Made by a program: the position numbers and the translations under genes | Shown: positions 26,549-40,660 of the stretch, piece after piece | Numbering within the stretch: the first letter of the stretch is position 1 | Layout: the number at the start of each line of letters is the position of its first letter | Source: Vicugna vicugna | Taxonomy: Eukaryota | NCBI GenBank assembly: GCA_013265495.1 | Contig: MU057560.1 | Span: forward strand, 1,066,753 to 1,130,752 | DNA: 64,000 nt | Direction of reading: 5' to 3' | Notes under the pieces: generated by a model | Told to the model about the DNA's origin: nothing | Database searches by the model: none | Seen by the model: only the letters and a program-made list of their open reading frames with translations

Positions 26549-26610
26549 CTGTGCTGCACACCAGAAATTGACACATTGTAAACTGACTCTACTTCAATAA
26601 ACAAAAATTT
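26549..26610 (+). mobile_element. Very short young L1 3' end
   Basis: ctgtgctgcacaccagaaattgacacattgtaaactgactctacttcaataaa. Confidence 0.75.
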
Positions 26611-27289
26611 AGAACAAATTCTTTTGCCTTCTTTAAGACTTTGTTTCCTCATCTGAAAAGGGAAGTTATTTTGTTAGACAAATAATTTCTGAGTTAAACT
26701 CTAAGATTCTACAATTCTAACTATATAGTGTATGAATATTTTCTAGGTAATACCCTTTTCACATGCTTGATTAAATGTGCTAACGTGATGTCTTCCAGAA
26801 CAAAATGAGCTTCACTGTTTAGTGATTAAACATCTGTACCCCTCATTCACTGAATTTTATTTAGGGAGCACCCTGGAGCATAAGTATATGAGGCAGTAGT
26901 CTCGTGTGTTTACCAACGTCTGTGTCTAAACGGCTCAGAACAAGAACGAGCACGCAGTAGGCGTGCGCTGAACAGAGGATGCATGAGCGCAAGGCTTCTG
27001 AGAAGAGTCAGAGGTGATCATAGGTGGGCTCTTTCTGCGAAGCATTTATAATCAACTGGGAATGGTGAGAAAGGCACAAAAGCAGCTATTCTGCAAGGTA
27101 TTGCATGATGAATGCTGTGAAGGTCCTGGGGACACCGAGGACGTGGGATCAACTCAGACTTCAAGCTCTCACCCCCGCCTCCTACGCCAAGAAGAGCTTT
27201 TCAAGGAGAAGGTAGGCAGGGCTTAGGAAAAGCAAACTCTTGAAATCCAGATTAAAGGGTTTGAAATCTTAGTGTCTTGGATTCTCTAC

Positions 27290-29120
27290 CTCTGTTGCAT
27301 TGTTTTAGAATCAGATTACCTGATACTATTGAAAACAAAATCAGTCTGTGGAATGCTATTGAGTGCATAGGTCAACACGGGGAAAGCTGGGGTTTCTGCC
27401 TCATTTTATCTCTTCGTGCATGAGCATGTTTTATATTTTAATTTATGCAGGCTCTCCTTAATTTTTTAAAACATAAGGTTCATGCCTATCCAGAGTAGAC
27501 ATACACAGGTGTTTTTAAAATATATCATCAGTTATAAATATATTTTTCTATTGCAAATATCAAACTTTCAATGCATTTGCTCCTCAAATATAATATTCCA
27601 ATTACCTTTAAGTGTTAATTTGGGGCTGTTTAAGTATTCATTTTGTGAATGTAGCAAAACTTCAAAATTAATTCTTGAGATTTGTCTGTAGAACTTTTGG
27701 TAATTCCTACATAGACAATCATGCATCTGTGTGTAATAGCATTTTTTTTCTTTCTTTTTCAATTCTCACATGTTTATTTTCCTTTTCCACTGTGCTTCCT
27801 AGAAGACGCATATTTGTTTAATAGCAAAGTTGGAACTTGGAGTCCTTGTATTATTTCTGGCTGTATTAGGATTTTGCTTTTTGGTTTTGCTTCATGTTTA
27901 TATATTGTTGTTTCTCTCCCATACATCCCTCATCAGGTTCTGAAAGTGCTTTCACACTCCGAGTGTTTAGTGTGAGTCTTTATTATGCACTGCCTTCTAT
28001 TTCTTGATTCGGTTTTGGAAATCCACACTTTTCAAGAAAACTGTCCATGTTGCCCAGGTTTTAAAATGTATTGGCATATGTTGTTCATCGCACTCTCTTA
28101 TCTTTTTATTCTTTATCACATACATTGATAATTTCCCATTGTCATTTGTGATATTGGCGATTTGCACATTTTCTCTTTCTTTTCCCCTTGACTGGCATTG
28201 CCAGAGGTTTGTCAATTTTATTACACTTTCAAAACAACAGGCCTGGCTTTGTGACCCTTCTGAAAGGCATCTTTGTTTTCTATTTTATGCATCTCGGCTC
28301 TTATTCTTATTGCTTCCTACTCCTATGCTCACGTTTACTCTGATGCTGTTCCCCTTGCTTCCTGTGCTGAATGACTGCCTGTGAGCTCCCAGCCTTTCTC
28401 ATTCCCCAGTACAAGCATGTGCACTTTAAATACCCTCTTTAGTTCGATCTGCTGCCTCTGCCCAGCTGTTTTTGGTAGGTAACACTTCTATTATTATTTG
28501 TTTATGAGTATTTTATTAGTTTACTTGTTATTTCACAGGTGGTGCACACAATTTAGAAGTGTGCTGTTAAGTTTCCAAGTGTCTATTTTAAAGCTGTGAT
28601 TCTTAAAACGTTCTCCCTTGACCAGCAACATAGCATCACTTGTGAACTTGCTGGAAATGCAAGCACTGGGCCTCACCTTACACTGACTGAATCAGAAACT
28701 AGGGTGTAGGGTGCAGAAACTTCGGTTTTAAAAAGCCCTCCGTGAGAGCCTGAGGTGCACCGAAGAATCCTTATTTTATTTATTTTAAAAACAGTTGTTT
28801 GGAGTCAGAAAGTATACTCTAAATGATGGTGACTTTTCCAAGTTGCTTTATGCCTTAATAATCAGCCTATTTTCATTAATACTTCTTGTGTTCTCTGAAG
28901 AATCTGTCCTCTCCAGTCACTGGATATGTTCGCATGCACACTTGTTATAAGGCAATGGATCATGTTGTTTCACATGTGTTGTATCATACAGTTTTTTGCA
29001 CTCCATTCTTTCAGTTACTGAGAAATCTGTAAAAGCTTCTGGCATGATGGATTTTCCGATTTCTCTTTTTCATTCTGTCCGTTTCTATTTCACAAATTTT
29101 GAAGGTTTACTCTAGCATGC
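27290..29120 (-). mobile_element. Decayed L1M ORF2 segments, interrupted by MER5A
   Basis: ggaatgctattgagtgcataggtcaa, gccagaggtttgtcaattttatt...ttcaaaacaacag, ggattttccgatttctc. Confidence 0.65.
28593..28770. mobile_element. MER5A element
   Basis: gaccagcaacatagcatcacttgtgaacttgctggaaatgca...actgaatcagaaact...aagccctcc. Confidence 0.75.
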
Positions 29121-29139
29121 TTTAACCTTCCTTTCTAAA

Positions 29140-29730
29140 AACAATTTTGTTGAGATATAATTTACTTACTATAGAATTCACCTATTTAAAGTACACAATT
29201 TAATAGGGTTTTATAAAATTTATAAAGTTAACTTGTATAAAGTATATTTTATGTACTTCAGTAAATTGTATTAAGCATAAGTATGAACCTAAATCTAATC
29301 ATGGTAAACCTAAGTCTAAAACTGTTGGCAGTCACGTCCCGTTCCCTCCACCGAAGCTCTCAGTCACCGTCATGTGTCCCTAGAGATCTGCCTAGTCTCC
29401 ATATTTTGTATTAGAGCGACGCTGTAATCCGTGAGTTTTTACGGCCGGCTTCTTTCACTCAGCGCCACGTTTGCAAGGCGCACCCATGTGCAGAATGTGC
29501 CAGCTATGCATCCTGTCAGGTAATACTTCATCATACAGATACACTACATTGTGTTTATCCACCCATCGACGGACAGGTACTTGGGCGGTTACTGCTTGCA
29601 AGCTTTATGAATAATGATGCTACGACCAGTTGTGTATAGATTTTTGTGGAGCTGTGTTTACCTTTCTCTCGACCTAGCAGTGGAGCTGCGGGGTCATAAG
29701 GTGACTGGTTCAGACTTCTGAGAAACGACC
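29140..29730 (-). mobile_element. L1MB/ME-like 3' end
   Basis: ttttgttgagatataattt...ggcttctttcactcagc...tgtttatccacccatc...agtggagctgcggggtcata. Confidence 0.75.
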
Positions 29731-30299
29731 CCTTTCGATCTTTTCACCTTCGACCGTTTTTTATCCCGGTATTTAATTTGTGTCTACACAAACTAAAGCA
29801 AAATAAAAACGCTGATAACTGGTACCAGATTGGTGTCATAAGCAAGTAAATTCCGACCCAACCTGACACCTTTTCACTGAGAGTGTTTTCAATGCAAGCG
29901 TGGGGTCAGTCATTAATTACAAACACTTGTTGAGTGTCCAGTCCACAGAGGAGTTTAGTGAGCCCAGCAGACGTTCACTTCCCTCGTGGAGCTAATGCAA
30001 CACAAGCCATTAGCATCGCATATCCCTCTGCAGAGTGTGAGTCACTTCTAGTTACAAAGTGGTGATCGTCGTGGTTGGACTGAAATTTCTGTGCTTTCTC
30101 ATCACTGCTAATGAGGTGAGGCCTCTGGAGTGTCTCATTTCCACAAGCAATGTGGTCTCAGGGATTTGTTGGGTTCAAGATGATATGCAAACTGCATCAC
30201 TGTATTTTCTCCTCTATCCTGCGCGCCATCCGGATTTCCGAGACAAAACGCGTTATGTGGTAATAATACACGTACAGTCACATTATCCAATGCAAGATC

Positions 30300-30495
30300 A
30301 CGTACCTTGTCTCGGGTCATTAGCTGGATCCTTCATGTGGATTATGATGCTGGATCCTCACAATAATCCCCGCTTGGCAGATGGCGAAACCAAGCTCAGA
30401 GAAATCAGGTAGTTGCCCGAGGTTACAGAGGTAGGAAGTGGTGGGTCTGGGACTCACAGCCAAACAGTCTAATCCAGGGCCCATGATCTCAACCA
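30300..30495 (-). mobile_element. MIR
   Basis: atcctcacaataatccc...cagatggcgaaaccaagctcagaga...ttgcccgaggttacagag. Confidence 0.7.
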
Positions 30496-33400
30496 GAGAC
30501 GCTATGATGTCCCTGAATTTACGAGCACAGTCGTTCATAAACACACTACAGGCTGAAATATTGTTGGTCAATTCAAGGTTGTCAATTTTTTCATTCCCAA
30601 TATTCCAGCAATCATGTATATATTGACATTTATTTAATATTTCGTGTTTATGTTTTATTTTGGTTACTAAAACATACATTTGTAAACATAAAATTAACTA
30701 AGTAAAGTAAACTATGAAATGAAAAGAACATTTAGTGTTTGTTTCCTTTGTTTTGATGGGAATTAGAAGTTCATTTCTAATCCTGGTTCACCTTCCCTTT
30801 TCTCCCCATAACATAACGAGTCTCTTCAATGCAGTTCTTCTACCTTTGAGGTTCTAAATACAGACCCTTCAGAATTAAACTTTATGTATATAGTGTTATA
30901 CATTCAATAGTACAGGAGAAGGTTGTGGTATCCAGGTTAGTCAGCTGAGTTCATGGCAATTAAAAAATTTTGCTGATGAGAAAAACACTGCTTTCTTAAT
31001 TTAAAGCCATTGTTTTAGGCCATCTGGATCATTTGCATGAAATTTTAAATTTCTTGGTGACCAAGAGCTCCCTTAGAAAATATTTGTTTAAGTAATTGTT
31101 TTTGAAGTGAGCTTTTCTTCAAGCCTTTCCCTCACTACTTATGTCTGCGAAACATCCTAACAGTCTGGAAAACTTTGTTCAAACATTAGTTGAAGGTTTA
31201 CTCTTAATGAAGTTTAAAATAGATTTCAGCATTAGGGCGCTCCTAGTCAAGGGCTGCAGCGAAGTGGCGGGCAGTGCCCTGGCTTTGGAGTCGGGAGATC
31301 CGGGTTCTGGTAAAAGCTTGCTAGTAACTAAGCATGATACAGTAGGTCTTAACTAGACATGGATGCGACTGTTCGGAGGCCAGCACCATGGCACAGGTGC
31401 GCCCTCCTCCTTCTGGGGACACACGTCACTCCCTCCCAGAGTCACTCGCTTGTCTGCACGGGTGTGACAGGCAGGCTCCACCTCCTGCCTTCAAATTCGC
31501 AGGATCTGTCTGTTACTCTTTGTATTTAATCTGCTTCACTATTATTTCGAATGGTACGCTTTGGACTTCAGAATAGATTCTGTAGTGTGTGCATTTCTTT
31601 TAATTTTATTAAAACGAAGTCAGAGCTGGTTGGAGTCCGATTCGGTGTCAGAATCCACTCACGGGCTTGAAGACCGCTGGGCTCCCGGGGGCCGCAGACG
31701 TGCCTGAGACACAGTCAAACGCATGCTCTCGCTCGCCTGGCTGGACGCGCGCTTTTGAGATTCGGAGACCTCCACTTATGCGTCTACCTGACATGGAACA
31801 TTTTCTGCTCATCCTGGGAAAGAATACTGGAAAAGTTTGTTCAAGTTTCAAACAACAAATGGTTGGCTGGGGAGGAGGCATGAGACTCGGATTTGTACAA
31901 GCGTCCCCATTTGGTACAAAAAGAATGCTTTCTCCCACTGGTGGTGAGACCCGCACATCCTGGGAGGGGTGGACGCTTAGCATACTTCCTGCTACGCGAG
32001 AAAATTCAAAGGCAGCATTTCAGATTGTTTGCAGTTGCAGCTATGGCTAAACATAGACAGTGACCATAAAGACAGCTTCCTGCTAGTATGCACTTTAAAA
32101 TAGTAGAAACTACTTGGAATTAAAATATTTTTATTGTTCTGAAGTGATTATGCTCTATATTTTGCCTCCTCTTGTTTCTGTCTATTATGGTTTAAAGCAG
32201 AGTCTTCCTAGCTTGTAACTAATTCACATTTTTCAGGGTTGGTGTATCGATTAAAACGCATAGCAGTCTTCCCTTTCTCTTCAGGGGGGTGAACAATGCT
32301 TACAGAAAACAATTGCTCATAGAAAGTAAAGAAAGGGCTCCACAGATCAGGTGGCCCCTGCAAAATGCTATTTAATCTTTTAAATGTAAATCAATCAGAA
32401 ACATTAAAATTTCCCTAAAATACAGATTTCTTTTTTAAGTTGAGAGAGCAAAGGTTTTGCAAAATGCTTCAAGGGTTTTGTCAAACCAAGAGATATTTGA
32501 AAGCAGTTTTCAGCACTTGCTAAACAGTTACTTTTCTTGGATTCAGTGATGATAAACTATAGCAGTATTTTGACATCTCTGATTTGTGAACAGTGGAGAA
32601 ATTGGAAGGTAAGAAAAAGAAAACATACTGGCAGGGTGAGAGGAAAGAGCAGGTGATCCAGACCTCAAAAATCCTTGGTCTCTTTTGGTAAAAGCTAGTA
32701 ATTATTTCTTATTTCATGTGTCTAACACTGGGTAGCCGGGGTAGCCGAAGGCCACGACATCATTCACTGAAAGACCAATGAATATGCGTCTTTTCTTTTA
32801 ATGACAGCTTCCTAATCCTGCAACTTCATTCCCCAAACTCACTGCCATTTCCTGATCTAAGGTGTTCTAACTGGGAGAGGACAGTTATATTCTGACGGTT
32901 CACCAGCATTTTCTGAAATGAAGGTTTGCTGATAGACCACGGTTGTGGAGAGTTGGAGAAACAAAGGAAGAAGACAAGGAAAAGGATGGCCATTTCGTTT
33001 GTCTACATGAATACATTTCGTGGTAAAACTTCTGAGGAAATAAACAGAAATGAGTAACAAAATTTTAGAAGTTGCGTCCCTTTGAAAGCCGCAGCCGAGC
33101 CCTGGAGAAACCCCTGTCGTTACTAACGCGTTTCATTAAGGCGGGTTCTGCTAATGCACACATTTCAGAGCAATTTCCTTTTCACCAGTTCCCTCCTGCC
33201 TGAGGCCACACGGCGCCTGGGAGCACTGGGCTGGTGTCTAGATGTCGTTGGCCTGCTGCCACGTGCTTCGGACTCGGGGCCTGGCAAACTGGGAGGAATC
33301 TCCTGCGCCGTCCTGCAGAACTTGTGCGACTGATGAACGCAAGCATGACCGACGTCTCCTACGGAGCTTCAGGAAGCTCGTCTGTGTCTGCCGCTTGGGA

Positions 33401-33729
33401 TCCAGGCTTTTACCCCTTGGTATTTGCTTTTTCCACTTTTTAGCGTGTAGATACATTTTGCATGTAGACAGAGTTGCTGTTAGAGTGCTCGGGACAGGGG
33501 CGTCAGCGTCAGTGCCATCGGTGTCCGGGGCCTGGCTCGGCGGCCCTGACTGTGGCAAGTTCCCTCCCCGTCTGGCGGCGCGCACTCGTTTACATAACGG
33601 CATTTGTTTTCCGTAATTGCTTCATATGAGGCAGCAGTGAAATTCAGTGACGTCTGCTGCGCATCGCTGTCATTAGTAGGAGAGACTCACAAATGTACTC
33701 ATGTAAATGCATGCACCATGAATAATTTT

Positions 33730-33982
33730 TGTTTTCCAAATAAACGCAGATAATAGTGCTCCTAAACTTCCCACTGCCCCAGGGCAAGGGTCCCCTCCCT
33801 TCCAGGCCCCAATGAATGTTTTGTCACTTTCTTTTAAACCATCACCAACAGCATCCTGGAGGGTTGCTCGCCCTAACAGTGTCTGTAAGGCGCTTCCGGC
33901 TTCTGTCTGCCATTGAGTCCTGAAGAAATAGCCCATTTTTAGATTTCTGTTATGATGACATTCCATATCTGGTATCAAAATC
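33730..33982 (-). mobile_element. MLT1 internal 5' region adjoining its LTR
   Basis: Minus strand reads gattttgataccagatatggaatgtcatcataacagaaatctaaaaatg directly after the LTR end, like the MLT-int start. Confidence 0.65.
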
Positions 33983-34576
33983 TGTCCTGGTTATCTATTG
34001 CTGCATATAAGTCACTGCAAAACGTAGGGACCTGAGACAATAGATAGCAGCTAATGATGTTCAAAATCCCTATAAGTCTTGGATTCGGGGGCGACACCGC
34101 GTGAGGCTGCAGTCAGAGGAAGCGGGGCTTGGGTCATTGGAAGACGTCTTCATTAACGTCACTGGTGGGCGGCCTGGCCCGGGAGGCTCATGGGGATGGA
34201 ACAGGTAAAGGTCCTCAGTATCTCTTCCTGTCTCCACATGGCACCGTTCTTCACATGATCTTTCCAGAGTGGAGGGTCTGTAGAATAAGTAAGCTTTCTA
34301 CACCTTGGCTCAGGGCTGTCGCAGTGCGAGAGCCAGGAGAGAAAGGGACTGAAAGGGTCTGTCACACTTTGATGCCTTTGTCTTGGGAACCATGTTCCAT
34401 CCCTGCTGCCATGTTTTGTTGGTCAAGGTAATGACAAAGGTCTATGCAGACTCACAAGTAGAAAATCCTGCCCCTGCTTCTTGATGGAGGAGTGTTACAT
34501 GTCACGGTGAAAGAAGAGCTTGTGGCAGGGACTGTGGATTTGTTTGGTCATATTTGGAAAATAAAATCAGTTACAG
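33983..34576 (-). mobile_element. MLT1G/H-like MaLR LTR
   Basis: tgtcctggttatctattgctgcat...tctccacatggc...ctgccatgttttgttggtcaag...cttcttgatggaggagtg. Confidence 0.75.
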
Positions 34577-37199
34577 ATGTACGTATATATATTTATAGTA
34601 TATAAGCATGCTGTACAATAACGCAAGTGATGGTTTTTAGCATCCTTTACATTAAATTATAGACTTCCAGATTTACATGAATCTTTGAAGTTCCCTCAAT
34701 CAAATAGACTTTTTGGAAGTTAATACCCCAGTTGAAGATGTGTCCTTGCTTCGAGATATACAGTATACTTGCAGACAGTGTATGAACGTGGGGCCCCACA
34801 AAACACTGTAGTTTCTCCTAAATGATGCAAAAGCAGAATCTCCCCATTTACAAAGCACGCTCCAAACATTGTTACTGTAGTTTCAGTTTACTTAAATCAC
34901 TTCTCTCTTTGTTCTTCTTCCTTCCAGGCGGCATAAATAGGGCCCTGTTAGGAACCTGATAGTGGTTCACAGCTAGGAAGATAAGGCTGAAGAACGCGGA
35001 TTCTGAGGTCAAGACATCTAAAACATGACTTTCACCCTGACCACTCACTCCGTGAACTGGCACAATTTTAGAAATATTCCCAAACCAGTGTCTCTTTGTC
35101 TGTAAATGGATATGATACATAACTCAGAGCGAGAGGATTCTATAAAATACATTTTGAAATGCTTAAAATAAATCTTAAGTGTTCAGTATGCTCAATGTAT
35201 TCTGATGAAAAAACTAATCGCAAGTTTTGAAGTGGGCATTACGGACCTTAAACGTCACACGTGCTGCTTAAGAGTAAATAATGTGAATCAGGAAGGAAAG
35301 CCTGTAACATTAGTATTTTTTTTTCATTCAGAGTAAGGGGACATTTTGAGTTTATTTTTAGTATTTTTTGCAAATGTGCTGACTTTTTAAAAAACAACGT
35401 GAATTGGGTATTCATGTTTTATGCAAGACCTGTACCGTGAAGTCTTCGTGGAAGGAACTTGGCCCAGACTTTGGGAAACACTGTCTGTTATTTTATTAGC
35501 ACTTCTGGCTCTGTGTTTTACAATTTTTCTATTTTTTGCTTTATAAATAAAATAGCCCATTGGTCCCATGCAGTTTCCTGAAGTTGATCTATTTACTGTC
35601 AGACCATCTAATTGCTCACTTTCTTTATACTGTTTATTGAAAACATTTACTGTATTCACCTGAAATTTACTGGAAATTGTTCAGGGTGATACTTACAGCA
35701 TATTTCATACTTTTGATATTTTTATTTTTAGGCAAATACAGATAGGACTGTTTCAAACACGACAATGCCATTCCTTATTTTCTTCTATGTTTTCATTATT
35801 ATCATAAAAGAACAAAACACAGTTGTTGAATACTTAACTTATATCTTAATATCAGTAAGCATTATTGGATAAAAACATCTTTAAGAAAAATTAAAACACT
35901 ATTTTAAACATCATTGAGGATAAATTTCCTAAATCAAATGATCTTCATAGGATAAAATGAAATACTAGTTTGTTAATCATGTAAGAACATAGAAGAAGAA
36001 AGATGGGGGGGACCTTTATTTTTTTTTTAATGTTGAGCCCCGTATCTGTTCTAACATAGAGGACTTTGATTATACAAAGTCTTAAATTCAAAATTACAAT
36101 AGAATTGTTAGCTAAATATATCCTTTAAATCTTCAAAATATCACTTTAAGTGATTGTTGGGTCTCAGAGATTAATTATGTGTGAATTACATAGCATGTGG
36201 AACCGTCATTCAAAGGGATTTGCTTACTTTCTTTGTCTTTGAACAACTTGTGTACACCAACTAAACAGTATTCCTTGATTTTGCTGAAATGAGACCATCC
36301 AAATACAAAGCTGCATTCTTGTTTATCTTCAGGTCTTAAACATGCAACACATTATTTAAGGTGGAGTTTACTAATGTTACAATTGACATAAACAAGAACA
36401 TAGGAAGAATAATTCCCATAACATGGAATTAAACATCTCTTACCAGTGTGGGGCGAGGAAGGGAGGGAGGGGAAGGAGACAGGGGGAAATTCAATTTTTA
36501 AATATTGTGCAAAGATGCAAAATTATACATTCTAATATTTTAAATCCAACTTAATCTAAGTTTCATAAACATATTGAAACAATTCATATTTCAATAAAAG
36601 GCGAAAACTTCTATGAAGATTTTTGGAAAAAAATCATGGAAAATGAATTCCTTTAATAGGGACTTTGACATAAGGGAACCTGCATTAATACAAAGCAACT
36701 TCATCCAACAATATTAATTTTATGTCCCACTTCTCTTCCTCTGAGCCCTCTTGATATGTATGATCAACTGGAAAACCACACCCACTATGCTTGGTGATTT
36801 GCATCCAGTGTAACACTTTGATGTTTTATTCATCTGCTTGAATTTGAGTTATTTTTCTTAAAATCTTTTTTCTGTCCTGAATATTTTTCCTGCATTCCAA
36901 GTTATTTTCAACAGTTGCCTAAACAAGAGAGTCTACAAACTACAAATACTGGTGAAACAGAATATTTCACATAATTCATTACGTGTAATAAGTGGCAATA
37001 CACACTTTTAGATGGATACATGAAATAGTCTCACCGAAACAAAGGGCGCCTAGGAGCAGACTTGCGTTCAACTCGCACCTGATTCACACTTTTTAGGCTT
37101 TATTTATAGCACAGACAGAGCGTCTGCGGCCGCCGAGAGGTCACGTGCCCACACCCCCACTTCACCAGCGTGGTGAGCAGGTGGGCTGGTGCAGGACAG

Positions 37200-39000
37200 C
37201 GGAGGTCGATTCACAAGCCTATTAGGTCACATGCATGCAACTGAGGGCACTGAGTGAAAACAAGTGGGAAATGGGAAACTGGAACAGACTCTGGAATGGA
37301 CAGGACCCTTCCGGACCCTCTTGGGGACATGAGTTCTCCCATCACCGTGTCCCTGGTCTCTTGAAGTAAAAGGCTTTGCTTCAGGCCTCCCCTGAGTCTC
37401 CTGGCTCAAGAGTTACTGGTTATGTAAACGTGCTGGTTGAAATGTAGCCTCTAGGGAGACATACTGTCTTTGAGGTTGAAACGCCAGGTACTCTCATCTT
37501 GCTGTGGAGCAACAGCACAAGGCACTTAGGGAACAGGGGAGATTCACCCTTCGCCCCAGGAGTGCCGGCCCCGAGAAGATGCAGGTAACTGTCCTTCCAC
37601 AGTCAGTGAGAAGCAGGGCAGAAAGCGCACAGTCATCACCCTCGGAAGGACCGTAGTGTTTATCTCCTCCAGGTTGTGCGTGAGGAACAGCAATATTGCC
37701 ATTAGAACAATTTTCTTAAACTCAAAGATGACGTTCATCCAGAGCCTCAGAGGGTAAGTGGAAGCACTCTGCTGCCTCAGACAAAGTCGGTAAAGTGACA
37801 CGAAGGTCTAAAGCGGTCAGTGCAGTTGTTTGATTTGGGTGCAGACACTTTTGGACGAAAAGAGATGAGTGGACTTGAGTCGTCATAATTTCTCACCAAT
37901 TTCTCAGCTTCGGCTGCCCTGAGATCTCTCCCCAGATCCTTACTAACAAGATCATGGAAAGACTTTAACAAATAGTTTTTTGAAAAAAGAACCGAGCCGA
38001 GTTTATTGGTCGTTCTGTACAACATGCTGACCCTCGTGAAACCGCACAGGATGTAGATCCCCCGAAGGAAGGCGAGGAGGGAACTTGTTCCAGGGCTGAA
38101 CTTCAGGCAGCACCCGTAGGCTTTCTTAGCGCCTTGTTCACCGACAGTTGTCTCGCCTGATACTGTCTGACCAAGTGATTGAGCCCACTGCGATGGCAGG
38201 TGGACGTCCATGAGGCTCGCTGGTCACCACATCCTCCACCACCCACATGTAAATAGCAAACTAGTGACGACTCAGTGATGACGCTGGTTTGGGAGAAGCA
38301 CCTCTAAAGTCGGGGTGATGCCTGCAAGGTACGTAATGTGCACCAAGCTTTATTCTTAGGTTCATTCTTCCTCAGGTAAATTATATGGATTCAGAACTAA
38401 GGTAGAGGAATGAAGACAGCTTCTCTCACAATTAAACCCAAGAATCCACTTGCAAACATTGCTTCCTCTTCCATGACTTTGTTCTCTGCTTAGCACTCAT
38501 AGGGAAAAAAAAATACATCCACCAGGAGACACACTATATAATTAAACTTGAAGTTGGGACTGCTGTCTCATTATTTTGAGGTTAAAAAGAGATGACTGAG
38601 TTCTTTGGAGTCATTGATCCTGGTTATCAAGAGGAGATAGTTTGCCGCTGCACAAGGGAGAGAAGGAAGACTTCATCTGGGAACCAGGGAATCTCTGGGG
38701 TGATTTCCTGCACTGCGGGCACTTTGTAACAGTAAAAGTTCACAGAAGAGCACCAACCCAATACAGGCGATCGCTCAGCGATGACAGTTCACTCCCTCAT
38801 ACCAGGTAGAATTCTGCTCAGCCTAAATGTTGGTGGAGGGCAAGGGGCACGTTAGAACAGGTAGTAACGGTAGAAAGCTACGCCTCCTGATGGCAGCAGA
38901 TGTGAAGGCTGCAATATTGACCCAGGCACGACCGACCAGGTTGGACTGGGACAAAACGAACCCTGAAATCTCAGTGATTTAATACAGCACTTGGCTGATG
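37200..39000 (+). mobile_element. Decayed ERVL internal region including a dUTPase remnant
   Basis: PPGDT at 38519-38533 and GVIDPGYQEEI at 38607-38639 (dUTPase motif 3-like), then LHKGEKEDFIWEPG after a frameshift; left boundary uncertain. Confidence 0.6.
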
Positions 39001-39136
39001 CAGATCAGGCAGCTCACCGGGACACCTGCCTGGCAGGCTTCTTCCGGCCCTAAGAGCCTGGCATATGTAGCTTCCAGACTTGCCAGAAGAAAAGAAGAAA
39101 GAATATGGAAAGCTCTCACCAGTGATCATCTGTCTT

Positions 39137-39831
39137 GTATTAGAAGTGAAACACACCGCTGCAGCTTACAGCCTACGGTCCACAAAGCAATCATACGGTT
39201 TCGTCTAACTCAAAAGAGTCTGAAAATGCACAGGAGCACAGGGGACCCTGCACTGAGTAAGCACAGCCCCCCCCCGCACCACCCTGTGCTTTCCCTTCTT
39301 CTTTACACACACACACATGCACACATGCACATGCACACACACACGTGCACACACACACATGCACACACGCACACGCACACATACATACGTGCAAATAACG
39401 TTTTCTTTGGTTCCCTCTCCTTTCCAATTTCCAGTTGGAACAAACCTTGGCCCCAGTGGTTAACTTTATACTTCAGTTGAAGGTCACAGGGAGTTGAAGC
39501 AGAACTGTGTCAGGACCAGAATAAAGAATACCCGGAGACAAATCCAAGAAAGCACAAACGTTTGTAGAGATTTGCATTCTTCATGGTGAAAGGGTCACCG
39601 GCCCTCATATTTGCCAAGAACCAGTGGGAACCTCTGCCCCTAGTTCTTGAGTAATAATCTCAGACATTTATCGTGTAGCTTTTAAAGCAATCATCCAAGC
39701 ACTTCTTCCTTGATTTCAGTTACTCAAGCCTCCTCAATTATTCTGTAAATACATAATTTATGTTTTAAAACCCTTTTTGCTAAGAGTACCTAGTGTGTTT
39801 CTGATTCCTGCATTGCACTCTGATTAATACG
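39137..39831 (+). mobile_element. ERVL-type LTR (LTR33/LTR41-like), probably the 3' LTR of the preceding element
   Basis: Ends aaaccctttttgctaagagtacctagtgtgtttctgattcctgcattgcactctgattaatac, a typical ERVL LTR U5 end; start inferred. Confidence 0.5.
39304..39392. repeat. Imperfect (CA)n microsatellite
   Basis: acacacacacatgcacacatgcac... directly visible. Confidence 0.9.
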
Positions 39832-40399
39832 GTGGCCTATTAAAAAATGTTGTCAGCTCTAGCACTGAAAACCAGCCTTTTGATAAATAGTATGCTAGCT
39901 TGTCCAACTATATACCACCGTGTTTGGCATGGAGGACAAAAGGAGGACAAAAAAAAAAAATCACCCATGTATTAGCAACTGTAAATAAGGTTTTCCAATA
40001 TTCCGTAATCCGGAGGTCGCAGATACTTCCTGAAACTGACGACTGATCTTGGAGTGGAAGCGTCTGCTGTGCCGCTGTACCAGGGCACTTACCCATCAAC
40101 ACTCCCTTAACTCACCACGTGGAATGCGGCGTCTCTGCAAGTCATCGCTTTTACACACCCAGACACTTGAGACCATTTGACTGCCTGACTTGTTCAAAAG
40201 CAAGTCTATTTGATAGCCAATTAGACATAGATTCAGAAATGAAGGACTAAATCACTTTTCATCCAGACTACACTTCCTGAAATTGAATTCCTGACAATTC
40301 AGGAGAAATTGGTACTGTGTGACATAAGACACCAATACATTCTTAAAACTCAAATATGATTTAGTAACATACACAAAATGCTGAAGCGTAAATGTGGAG

Positions 40400-40650
40400 C
40401 AAGGCGGCGGCTTTCTGAGGGGTGGGGAGCCAGGCTGGGGACAGCCCCACCCGGCAGGTCGCAGCGTGGCTCGGAGAAGGCGGCGCTGCAGGCCGCGCAG
40501 GCGGCGGAGGGAGCCCTGCGCCGGGGACTGTCGCGCGGGGCGGCGTCTGCGTGTGCACCTGCACCTGCGCCGGCTGAGCCCCGCTGCCCACGCTGCGCCT
40601 TCGCAGGCCAGCAGGTCTCCCCGGAAAACGCAGTGAGGCCGATGCGAACT
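40400..40650. promoter_or_regulatory. Small CpG island outside recognisable repeats
   Basis: Dense CpG over about 250 bp within AT-rich flanks. Confidence 0.6.
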
Positions 40651-40660
40651 TCAGACTCAC

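Noticed and set aside
37544..38211. 144-aa and 85-aa minus-strand ORFs as a real gene
   Set aside because: No recognisable domain or splice context, and they are probably antisense to decayed ERVL sequence
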